DNA from: Gracilinanus agilis | Taxonomy: Eukaryota | DNA: 64,000 nucleotides | Assembly: GCF_016433145.1 (NCBI RefSeq) | Contig: NC_058130.1 | Span: 704,164,639-704,228,638, forward strand | Reading direction: 5' to 3' | Part shown: positions 25,844 to 37,295 of the stretch, one piece after another | Layout of the letters: each line of letters starts with the position of its first letter | How positions within the stretch are numbered: the stretch's first letter is position 1 | Program-made: the position numbers and the translations under genes | The notes under the pieces: model-generated | The model's input: only the letters and a program-made list of their open reading frames with translations | What the model was told of the DNA's origin: nothing | Database searches by the model: none

Positions 25844-26288
25844 CTAGACACAAATAGCAGGAACTCAAGAAGGCACAAAGGAAAGGAGAGACACCAAAGA
25901 GTTTGTGACACGTGCCCAGAGAGTCAAAGTCAGATGAAGGCTCTGATTAAATGAACATCCCTGGACAAAAAGAGTCAAGTCCATGAGGTTTAAAAATGTA
26001 TGCCCTGAGTGTAGCTTAGTGGCTCAGAGGATAGAGAGCCAGACCTGGACAGGGGAGGTTTTGGGTTCAAATCAGGCTTCTGACACTTCCTACCTGTGTA
26101 AACCTGAGTAGGTCACTCAACCCCAATTGCCTAGCCCTCAATACATAATATTGAGTCTAAGACAAAGGGTGAGTAGTTAAAAAAAAAAAAAACACAACAA
26201 CACAGACTTATGCCCTATTGAGCCTGAGTGAGCCCTTATTCCTGACCACTATCTACCATTGGACCAGGACCTCAGAAATATGGAACTC

Positions 26289-26788
26289 NNNNNNNNNNNN
26301 NNNNNNNNNNNNNNNNNNNNNNNNNNNNNNNNNNNNNNNNNNNNNNNNNNNNNNNNNNNNNNNNNNNNNNNNNNNNNNNNNNNNNNNNNNNNNNNNNNNN
26401 NNNNNNNNNNNNNNNNNNNNNNNNNNNNNNNNNNNNNNNNNNNNNNNNNNNNNNNNNNNNNNNNNNNNNNNNNNNNNNNNNNNNNNNNNNNNNNNNNNNN
26501 NNNNNNNNNNNNNNNNNNNNNNNNNNNNNNNNNNNNNNNNNNNNNNNNNNNNNNNNNNNNNNNNNNNNNNNNNNNNNNNNNNNNNNNNNNNNNNNNNNNN
26601 NNNNNNNNNNNNNNNNNNNNNNNNNNNNNNNNNNNNNNNNNNNNNNNNNNNNNNNNNNNNNNNNNNNNNNNNNNNNNNNNNNNNNNNNNNNNNNNNNNNN
26701 NNNNNNNNNNNNNNNNNNNNNNNNNNNNNNNNNNNNNNNNNNNNNNNNNNNNNNNNNNNNNNNNNNNNNNNNNNNNNNNNNNNNNNNN
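26289..26788. other. 500-N assembly gap
   Basis: Run of 500 N; the same 47-mer occurs on both sides. Confidence 0.99.
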
Positions 26789-27797
26789 CTGACCACTATC
26801 TACCATTGGACCAGGACCTCAGAAATATGGAACTCCAGGCTCCTCAGGCAAAGCCACCTCTGTGGGTAGAGCTGGCATGTAGGATTCTGAAAGACAACAG
26901 ATTGCCAGGAGCACTTGAACTTGGGAGTCATAAAACATTATGGAAAAGGAATCAGAACAGTCTGAAACAGTTGGGTCAACAAGAATCTCAGCCTTGGAAA
27001 TCTGGGAGAGCCTATAGAGCTGGAAAACAAAGAGAAGAAAATCTAGGAGAGTTTTTAGGTTGAGGTATATGTATGTGGATCCCCTTTGAGTTTAAGCCTT
27101 TCCTCATAGGATCAAATGTTTGTTAAGTGCTTATGTAGCAATCCAGGTATACATTAATTGTGATATTATTTTAAGAAGTATTCAAAAACTTAACTCTTAT
27201 ACTGCTAATGATTGATCTCTGCAATCTTGAGTCAAATTGAACATCTACCCAGCCAAATCCCTAGCCCTTCCCTAAGGCTACACCCCAGAAGACTGGTCAG
27301 TTATCTCAGTCTCCTTACTTTTCCTGCAAAGATCAATTAACATAGGTATCAAACATCAGTAGATGCCTTAGGCCATATCCACTCTGGATCCCTTAGCTCT
27401 ACCTATTGTTTTTGGTTTTGGCAGTTTGCATTTTATGATGATTACCTCATAATGTTAATGTATCAAGCCACTGAGCTCTCCCCTTCCCCCCATACTGTTG
27501 TAACCCCAATAAAGGTGACAAGAAATGAGTTGGCAGAGAAGCTCCTAACCATCAGAGCTCCTAACCATGAAGCTCTTGACCACCAGAGCTTACTTGCTGT
27601 CTGTCTACCTTATGACAAAACTTTCTGTGTCTGCGTGTCTTTGTTCTCGCCTTATGTTCTCTTTCCATTAGTCCTTAACCGGTAACCCATTTTCACTCAG
27701 TCCTTGGTTCCCCTTTCTGAGTGTCCAACCCACTAGGAATCTTCGTGGAGTCGGTAGACAGCTTCATCTTAGCACAGTGTCTGGCACATAGGAGATA

Positions 27798-28219
27798 TGT
27801 CGATGTGGAATCTAGAGACCACAAACTTATGGCCAGTGAGATTTGATGAACCCCAAGTTTTAGGAATAGCTTGTAAGTTGGAGACCCCCAAAGCTTGTGA
27901 TCTGTTCCCAGTTCCCAGGAGAACCCACCCAGAAGGGAATCTCAGGCTAGCAGTTGCAGACTGAATAATGGACCCTAGAGTAAAAGCTAGGTGACTCTTT
28001 AGTGCAGTAGGCAGCATGTTAGTCTTGTAAGCTGAAGGTCCTGAGTTCCATCCCTGAAAGGGGGATGTGGTACAATGGGAGAACCTTCTAAGGCAAAAGA
28101 ATCACTGGGAACAGATCACAAACTTTGGGGGTCTCCAACTTACAAGCTATTCCTAAAACTTGGGGTTCATCAGATCTCATTAGGCCACAAGTTTGTGGTC
28201 TCTAGATTCCACATCGACA
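27798..28219. mobile_element. 422-bp palindromic LTR-derived insertion (two inward-facing LTR 5' ends around a tRNA copy)
   Basis: Arms 27798-27912 and 28104-28219 are inverted repeats (4 substitutions + 1 indel). Termini TG...CA, GATA duplicated on both flanks, inserted in an L2-like tail. Arms match the 5' end of the solo LTR at 16530. Confidence 0.9.
27993..28065 (+). tRNA. Degenerate tRNA-Met(elongator)-derived pseudogene
   Basis: gactctttagtgcagtaggcagcatgttagtcttgtaagctgaaggtcctgagttccatccctgaaagggggA matches vertebrate tRNA-Met-CAT at about 55/73 positions by eye. A box present, B box mutated (GTTCCATCC), anticodon position now TGT, acceptor stem poorly paired. Confidence 0.75.
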
Positions 28220-28740
28220 GATACTTAATCAAATCTTGTTCTCTTCTACCTTTCCCTCATTCCTAGTTACTCTCCTCTCACGAGTGCCAAGACCTCAAGA
28301 CTTCTTGGGAGAACAGGGAAATCATAACTGCTCATTTTTGTGTGGAGATGTGACAAAATTTTAATATGTAAAATTCTCCTCAGCATTTTAATTTTCAAGT
28401 TTTAGAATCCCATCATTCACACCCTACAAAAATATGACAGACTCAAGGTATAGTAACACTGTCTTTGTTTTTCATAGGGTTTCCAATGCTCACCTTTTCA
28501 AACTCAGATAAAGAGAGCTTTTTTTTTTCTGAATCCTTTTTTTCTTTTCTGTCCTAATGACTCAGCAAGTCAACAAGCCTTATTGGAGTGAGTACTATGT
28601 GATAGGCACTGTACTAAGTGTTGGTGATACAAGGAAAGGCCTTCATCTTGGAAAACAAAAGCAAAGGTATCCTTATGATTTTGCTAGTTTCTGCCCTGCC
28701 TGTTTTCTCCTCCCCTATCCCAAAAGGTTCTACTGCATAC

Positions 28741-28848
28741 CTGAGTCAGGTATCTGATCTTAGGCTCCATGAATCCCAAGTTGTTCCTGTTGATCATCAC
28801 TGAGCCAAGCTCCAGCCAAGCTAAGACATGGCGAGGCATGCTCTGAAG
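28741..28848 (-). pseudogene. TONSL: TONSL exon 23 remnant, 5'-truncated
   Basis: 36 codons LQSMPRHVLAWLELGSVMINRNNLGFMEPKIRYLTQ colinear with human [36 protein letters not shown]; donor gtatgc intact; the 5' part is replaced by an L1 poly(A) tail. Confidence 0.85.
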
Positions 28849-30029
28849 TTTTTAAATTTTTTATAACCTTTTTTTCATGATTTACAAATCTTTAACTAAT
28901 TAATTAACTGAGAATATTTTTCCATGGTTACATGATTCGCGTTCTTTCCTTCCTCTCCTCCCATCCCCCTCCCATGGCCAACGAGCAATTCCACTGGGTT
29001 TTACATAGGCACACTGTTATTCTTGAAATGACTCCCCAACCTGTGTCTATCCCCTCTTCCCCACTCCAAAATCCCATGGGGAATTCTCAAGGCTCAAATG
29101 AAGTTCTCTCACTTCTAGCCTACTTCCTCTAGAGAACTGTTCTGGGGAAATCATGTACCACATTCAAGGAACTGGTCATTCTCAAAATTCATAATCAGAT
29201 GCAGATGTGCCCTGCTTTTAAGCAAACCTGAGCTAGGAAAGTGTCATTTCATCCAACCTCACACACAGAGATCTCTGACCTCCTCTTCAATATACCTTAT
29301 CTAAGTTATGTTATCTAGGGAGTAGGGGAAAACACATGGTACAGTCAGCTAAATCACAGGTGTCAGTAAAACACTAACATTATCTATGTCCTATTGAATT
29401 TTTATTTACTTTGTTAATTCTTTTCCAATTATACATTAATCTGGTCCAGACTACACTGAGGAGTGTTGCCTGCCATGTGTTTGACACCTCTGGCCTAAAC
29501 AATGAATCTGCAATCAAAGGACTTAAGTCTGAGACCCAGTTTTGTTATTTACTACCTGGATGACCTTGAGTAGTTTACTTGATCAAAGATTGCTTCTTCC
29601 TCTGTCAAATGATGGGTGTGTACGAGATGATCACTAATGGCCCTTACAGATCTATATGCAATGATACTATGTGGTCATGCAACCTCTTAGCAAACTGCTC
29701 TGGTGATACAGAAGTAACATTTCCTGTCCAAGTATCCCTCTCTACTTTAGAAAAGTAATAATTTAAAATTTAGACAGACAGACTTTGCACTGGCTGCCTC
29801 CCTCAAGCCCTACCTTTTTCCATCTGAAGTTTTTCCTGATACTACCAATTGCTCATGTCCTCCCTGCCTCCCTTGTATTTATTCTGACTATATTTATTCT
29901 GTATATACTTATATAGTTTCTTGTTCTCTCCCTGTTCAGATATATGTATATACTTATATAGTTTCTTGTTCTCTCCCTGTTCAGATATAAGCTCCCAGAG
30001 TTGGGATTGTTCCTTATTTGTATTTCTAT

Positions 30030-30750
30030 CTCCAGTGCTGCAGCAGAAGTAGAAACCATAGAAATAGGAAGAAGAAACGACAGAGACAGGAAGGAGGGAC
30101 CTCAGAGACAGGAAGTGAGGTAGGAAGAGGTTATAAAAGGAGTTGGGGCTGGCAGTTCTGGAGGTCAGTTGCTGACAGTTAGGGCTAGCAGTTGCAGGGA
30201 AGTTGACTGCTAGGCATGAGTTGGTGGTTGACTTTTAGTTGCTGGAATATTAAGGCAGGCCTGAGCTTACTGAGAGGGCTTTTTTGCTTTAGCCTTTAGA
30301 GAGCTTTTTGACCTTTTCTGGGTTAGGAGGTGGCTGGTCTTCGTTGACAGACCTAATTGGGGTTGGATTAAACACTGATTGGGTTGGTTTTGATAGGGCT
30401 GGATTGGGCTGGAACTTTGTGGGGTGGTTGTTATTAGCGGTAATTTTAGGCAGTTTTAGGTAGTAGTTATAGGCAGTTATAGGTAGTTATAGGATAATTA
30501 GTATACACATTAGGAAAGTTTCTTTCTCTACATCTTTCCCATATTTCCTTTACTATATTCATTTTACTATATTCTTTTACTATCTCTATTTTAATTAAAC
30601 TAAATCATTCATTGTTTAAAGCTGCTAGAAGTTTTCTTTTCTCTGGCTTAAAGGGATAATATTAATTTACAACTACTATATTCTCATTAAAACTTAAATT
30701 ATTAAAAACTGCTCTCTTATTTTGTCAAAACTCCAAATGTAACCCTTACA
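30030..30750 (+). mobile_element. ERV LTR-like element
   Basis: Repeated caggaag motifs, TATA (gttataaaagg, ~30131), attaaa signal and AT-rich LTR-like 3' part; boundaries approximate. Confidence 0.6.
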
Positions 30751-30769
30751 ATATAATCTTATAAAATCA

Positions 30770-33700
30770 AAACCTCAAAATGTATACTGAAATAAACAAG
30801 TGATAAATAAATATGTTTTCATCTACATTCCTACTCCAACAATTCTTTCTCTGGAGGTGGATAGCATTATATTTTATAAGTCCCTCAGAATTGTTCTGGA
30901 TCAATATATTGCTATTAGTAGCAAAGTCTATCATATTTGATTGTTCCACATTATTGTAGTTTCTGTGTGTAATTTCTTATTTATCTTATTTCTAATTTCT
31001 TCTTATTTCACTCTGTATCAGATCTTTTCTGCTCTTTCTGAAATCATTCTGTTAATAATTCTTCTTACAAATTTAATTAATTAATTAATTAAGGGTATTT
31101 TTCCATGGTTACATGATTCATATTCTTTTCCTCTCCTCTTTCCTCCCTTCTCCCTGAGCTGATGAGCAATTCCGCTGGATGTTACATGTATCATAGTTCA
31201 AAACCTATTACCATATTATTATTTGCAATAGAATGATCATTTAAAGTAAAAATTCCCTATTATATACTGATTGAACCATGTGATCTTCTGCATTTCTGCT
31301 TCCAGGGTTCTTTCTCTGGATGAGGATAGCATTTTTTCTCACGAGTTCCTTTGGATTGTCCTGGGTTTTTTTCACTAGAATTGCTGCTAGTAAAAAAGTC
31401 TATTAAATTCAATTTTGCCACAATGTATCAGTCTCTGTACAATGTTCTCCTGGTTCTGTTCTTTTTATTCTGCATCAATTCTTGGAGGACTTTCCAGTTC
31501 ACATGGAATTCCCCCAATTCATCATTCCTTTCAGCAGAATAGTATTCCATCACCATCAGATACTACAATTTGTTTAGCCACTCCCCAATTGATGGACACC
31601 CCCTCATTTTCCAATTTTTTGCCACCACAAAGAGCACAGCTATAAGTATTTTTGTACACATATTTTCCCCTATTGTCTCTTTGGGTTACAAACCCAGCAG
31701 TGATATGGGATCAAAGAGCAGGCAGTCTTTTAAAGCGCTTTGGGCATAATTTCAAATTGACCTCCATAAAGGTTGGATCAATTCAAAACTCCACCAGCAG
31801 TGTATTAGTGTCCCAATTTTGCCACAACCCCTTCAACAATTATTATTTTCCTTTACTGTCATATTGGCCAATCTGCTGGTGTGAGGTGCTACCTCAGAGT
31901 TGTTTTGATTTCCATAAAATGCCACTTCTGACACTTATTCCTTATCTGGGCATCCAAGGATCTCTGAAATCTTTGATGTGCTTTTTCAACTTCAATTCAC
32001 TTTATTTTCTTGCCCAACTAGATCACTAGTTGTTCCCCAAATTCTATAATCCATTGCCCATCTCTTTGCCTACTCTGCTTCATAGTCAGTGCTTTATTGT
32101 CTGTGATCATGGGTAAGTCATTTACCTTCCCTGTGTGAGAATTTACTAGGCTGAACCCCTATTCTTTTGGGGTTGCAACAGCCCCACATTTTAACTGAAG
32201 AACAAGGCCAAAGGCTTATCTGTATATATGGGGGACACAACTGCACTCTGGGAGACCAGAAGCCTCATGGCCCTTCCTCCTCTTCTGCTTTAGAACCAAT
32301 ACACAGTACTGATTCAAAGATGGAGGTAAGGGCTTAAAATAATGATATCAATTCTATTTTGCTGAGATAATCAAACTACATTTAATAAACCCTTACAGGG
32401 TTCTTCCCCTTGTAAACTTCACCCACCATCCACATCCCAGAGAAACTGACCCCAAAGTCCAGTTTTGTCTTGTAATTACCTTCATCTTTGTAACTGATGT
32501 GGGCTGCCAGTGGGCAGTGTGGGCTAGTCATAGGAATGAGACCCTCATCCTCTGAAATCTTGCATTTCTCACTAGTTGGCGCTAGTTAAACATCACCTGC
32601 AAAACCTGTAGTTTCAGCATTAGTCAAGCATGAATTGTAGACTGTTCAACTGTTCAATCCACTCTATGTACTGGATTGGCAACATTTTATGCTAGGCATC
32701 AGCTTTGCACCTTCTCTGTTTTTTTAATTGCTTATATTGTTCTTAGGAATAATTAATACCTAGAGTGGCCCTCCAGCGTGCCGTATCCCCTCCCCATGTT
32801 CCCACTCTGAAAGGCCATCAAGACCTCTCCCTGACAAATGATGACAAGGTGGACAATGGAGGAACATGGAACCTGCTCCCTGGGGACTCTGGCATTTCAG
32901 AGGAATCCCCCAATCTTGTGAGCACATTCCTTATTCCCCATGGCAACAAGCTCCCAAAACTACCTCCACCTGAGTTAGGAAAAGGAGATGCTGAGCTATC
33001 AGAACCCAACAAATAGGCCAACCCTGATCCACAGGCTGGGTTAGAGCCACTCCTCAGAGGAAGCTGCTGCCACCCTCTGGCAGAGCTACTATTCCATGCT
33101 ATCAAGTTCCAGAGGCTATTCTCCCAGGCCCTGGGCTTATCCATTGGCCCAGAGGCTACTTGGTTAGCTCCCAGACTATTCCAACTGCTAGTCCACCACC
33201 ATGCATTACCTCTTCTTCAAATCAAATTCTCTTACTTCTGCACTGAATAGAGTTTGAGTTTCCCATTTTTCCATTCTTGGGGCGAGACCCTGCCACCAAT
33301 TTGAGTATGTTTCTCCCACATCATAACTATGCCTGTCACCCACTTTCCAGAGAAAGGTCACATCTCAGCAGTTTAAACTATTGTGGCAACTCCTATCCCC
33401 TAAACACCACTCCTATTGCCTGGTCTTGTGATTCAAAAGACACATGCTGGCTGTGATGAAGGGGGTTTTGCCAGGGGAGCTTCAAATGAAGTCGTTTCAA
33501 TTCTGACAAAGCATTGATAGCCAAAGAGAAGAAGAGAACCTCTATTGCTCAAGTGTGAGACACAGGAGGCACTGAGGACTGTTCAGCATAGTGTAGGCAG
33601 GGGAAACAAAGAAGGTGCTGTGCTCTATGAGCAAAGTAGAGTCGCCAGAGCTCAAAAGCAACGGGAGAGGCACAAAGTTAGGGGCATCTCCGCCCCAAAT

Positions 33701-35540
33701 GTTCACAAGGGTCATTTGTGCTGACCTGTGGTAGCACCTTCCAAGTTTGTTTTGATCTCATCAGCTACAATCAAACATACTGTACTTTCACCCTGACATA
33801 ATAATATCATTTTGGCTCTCTTCAAGTATTAAAAACAATAAGAAACCAAGCAACTAATCTTCCACTACTTAACTGATATTCCTAAAACACAATTCTGACT
33901 TTCTCTTTTCCCTCTTTTTATTAAATGTTTGATTTTCATTTCATTTCATTTCTTAATTACATGTAAAAATTTTAATAATCATTTTTAAATATTGGAATTT
34001 GAAATTCTCTCTTACCTTCCCTGCCCACCTCCTTCCTTAAGAAGACAAGCTATTTAATAATAGATTATATATACATGTAGTCATGTAACACATTTCTATG
34101 GTAGCCATGTTGCAAAAGAAAATGGAGACCAAAAAATGTAAAGTTTAAAAAGTATGCTTCGGTCTGCATTGCTGTTACTGTGTACAATTTTCTCCTGGTT
34201 CTGCTCATTTCAATTTGCATCAGTTCATGTAAGTATTTCCAGGTTTTTCTGAAAGTATTCTGCTATCATTTGGTAGGGCACAATAATATTCCATCACAAT
34301 CATTTTTGTATCCCAACAGTTTCCAATTTGTTATTACCATAAAAAGAGTTGCTATAAATATTTTTGTATAAGGTTATAGGGTCCTTTTCCTTTTCCTTTG
34401 ATCTCTCTGGGGCATAGATCTCATAATGTTATTTCTGGGCCAAAGAGAATGCAGAATTTTATAGTCCAACAATTTCCTTCTAATATTGGCTGCCTTATTT
34501 TAAGAAAGACCTTTTTAATTGATGTTATCAAAAATTTCCATTTTACATCCTTTAGTGCTTTCTGTCTCTTGTTTGGTTATAAATTCTTCCCTTATCTATA
34601 AAATATCTATCAATTCTGGGTTCCCCTAATTGGCTTATGATATCATTCTTTATGTCTAAAGTATGTAACCATTTGACCTTATCTTGATACATTCTGTGAA
34701 ATGTTGGTCTATACCAACTTATGTTGCCAAACTGCTTTCTAATTTTCCTAGCAATTTTTGTCAAATGGCAAGTTCTTGTCCCTGAACCTTGGGTCTTTGT
34801 CTTTATGGAACACTAGATTATTCTAGTCATTTATTTCTGTGTCTTGCGTACCTCATCTATTCCAATGATTCACTATTCTATTTCTTAGCCAGTACCAGAT
34901 TGTTTTGATGATTACCTCTTTGTAATACAGTTTCAGGTCTGGAACTGATGAGCTACCTTCTTTCACTTCTTTTCCCATTAATTCCCTTGATATTCTTGAC
35001 CTTTTATTTATCCAGATGAATTTTATGAAAATAATTTCTTGGTAATTTGATTGCTATGGCACCAAATAAAGTGATTTACATAGAATTATCATTTTTAATA
35101 TACTGGCTCAGCCTATCTACGAGTAATTAATATTTCTCCAGTTGTGAAAATTGTTGTGAAATTTGTGAGAAGTATTTTGTATTTGTATTCATATAGTTAC
35201 TGGGTTTATCTTGGCAGGGAGACTCACAAGTATTTTATATTGTTTTCAGTAATAAATTAAAAATTTTTAAATTTCTATTTCTTCCTGCTGGACTTTATTT
35301 GTAATGAAATGCTGACAGTTTATGTGGGTTTCTTTTAAATTCTGCAACTTTGCAGAAGTTGTTAATTATCTCAAGTTAATTTTAACTCAAATAACTCAAA
35401 ACTAACTCAAGTTATTTTAGTTAATTCTCTAGGATTCTCTAAGTATACTATCATATTGTCTCTGAAGAGTGATAGTTTTTTCTTCTTCCTTATTCTAATT
35501 CCTTCCATTTCTTTTTCTTCTCTTATTTCCATAGTTAGTG
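30770..35540 (-). mobile_element. Cluster of antisense L1 3'/ORF2 fragments (30770-31915, 33900-35540)
   Basis: Marsupial L1 3'-end motifs (tttttccatggttacatgattc, cacatggaattcc, gtgaggtgctacctcagagttg, tgtaatacagtttcaggtctgg). Other L1 tails at 10500-10900 (+), 23770-24320 (-), 28850-29006 (-), 39590-39830 (-). Confidence 0.75.
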
Positions 35541-36145
35541 TTTATCCTTTCCTTGTTTAAAAATCTTCAGCAGTGTGATATGGTTCCCTGTCACCTCATG
35601 ACTTTGGAACCTTTGGCACATCTGCCTGTGTATTGTTGTTGTGGTTTTTAAAGAGGCAGAAAACAGGATGGGTAGAATGGAAAATTCCATGTTTATCAGG
35701 AATGGATGAAAAAAGCATTAGTTAAGTGAAGACAACACTGTGCTAAGTCATGGGGATATGATACAAAGTTGATAAAGTCCCTACTTTCAAGGATGTTATA
35801 TTCTAAAAAGGGGAGATAATTTATATATGGAAGTGCTGGCTAGGGAAGGGAGTATCAAGGAAATTATTGGGATAGTGAGTTGATCCACTGGGTTATCAGT
35901 TGACATGCTCTTTCTAGGAATAATTTTATTTTTCTTCAGGGCAGGAATGGCCCAGCTATTCTGGAGTTTTAAAACTACACTTTTTTTTTTCTTGCTTTTG
36001 CTTTAGTAAAAGTGCATTTAACCTACTTTCCAACTTAGTCATTTGGAGGTCATGTGGAGGATCTGCCTCCTTGAACCCACAGTAACTGTTATTTTCCCCA
36101 AAACCAATAGAATCAATAAACTGAATCATCATCAGTTCCAATGTG

Positions 36146-37178
36146 TGACTAATGGATCACAGCAAATAAGTCCCTTTTTTAAAGAGCTTTTCCTGGCTCC
36201 TCTACAAACATGATGTGTGTTATGGGGACACAAGAGGGGCTCTGGTCTTACTACTTAGAAATTCAGAGAAGCACTGTAGTTTAGCTAAGATATGGGAGCA
36301 GAGGTTTGCTTCCCACACCAGCCTGGCAAAGCTTCCCTGAAAGTTAGAATTCTCAAGTCTGACCTCAAACTCTAGTAACAGCTTCTTGCTATCTGTTGGC
36401 TTAGAGGTAACTAGGAGGTAGGTCTTGACTTCCTGGGACCTTAAGAATGTTTATGGGTATAGCACTCCCTTGATCTAGTTGTAATTTGATCAGCTAGGTT
36501 GTTATCATGATCTGACTGATTATCTAAAGGATGTTGTCTTCAAAAGGTAACTTGTTTAACTCTTGAATAAGACTATTAGAAGCTTGAAGATTAACTGGGT
36601 TTATTTGGATAACTAGACAGGAAGGTAAACTGGGAGATGGGAAAGGGGGAAGTAGGTGAACCCTGATTAATCTTGCCTAAAGTATAGTAAGTTCTGATAA
36701 TATTTAAATATAAAGATGTCCTAGGTGCAGAGTCCAAAGGGACTTTCAGAGTCTCACTTTGACTCTGAAATTAACATGGAATCTGTTCAATGCTGAGCCC
36801 AGAGACTATTAAGTCTCCCTGGGTCAGAGGCTGTTGTTGATTCTTGATGGTTTGATAAGATGATCTTGTCTGATAATAAAAGCTCAGTGGCTTTATCAAT
36901 ACAAAGGTGATTGATATAGTTACTAATTTAGCTTTAAACCCTACCTGGCTGCCTGCCTACAACAATCTCCCTTCTCCCAGGGCCTGGACAATAGAAACCC
37001 TCCTACCTCCCAACCCAAGAAGAAATGGGGTTGAAGGGACTGTGTACCCCAATTTATACTCCTTTCCTAACTATCAGATTGACACATGTCCAGGGCTGCT
37101 TTGCCAGGTTCTGAGTTCTAAAGGGGCAAACTGCCTTCTACACCTACAGAAAATGGCTGACTATTTCTATACATTACA
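36146..37178 (-). mobile_element. Solo LTR (copy A) inserted in the SLC25A6 retrocopy 3'UTR
   Basis: Starts TGTAATG on the minus strand directly after ANT3 3'UTR-like sequence; possible 4-bp TSD CACA; colinear homology to copy B at ~40250-41670. Confidence 0.7.
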
Positions 37179-37295
37179 TGTGGCTTGGATAAAGACAACA
37201 GGCATTTCTTGAAGGTCAATGGTCCAAAATGCTAAGTATGAGTAAGTATTCTACATGATCTATATTCACTGTTTCCATTTTTACATAGGATGTAC

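Noticed and set aside
26850-27040. Strong minus-strand acceptor followed by a 66-codon open frame, tested as TONSL exon 23
   Set aside because: No similarity to TONSL; the real exon 23 remnant is at 28741-28848.
26218-27063. Long ORFs of 174-281 aa in the ORF track
   Set aside because: Artefacts of translating through the 500 N; closing the gap leaves only short unrecognised frames.
27993-28065. Functional tRNA-Thr(TGT)
   Set aside because: Body matches tRNA-Met, the acceptor stem and B box are broken and there is no T-run terminator, so it is a pseudogene with a mutated anticodon.
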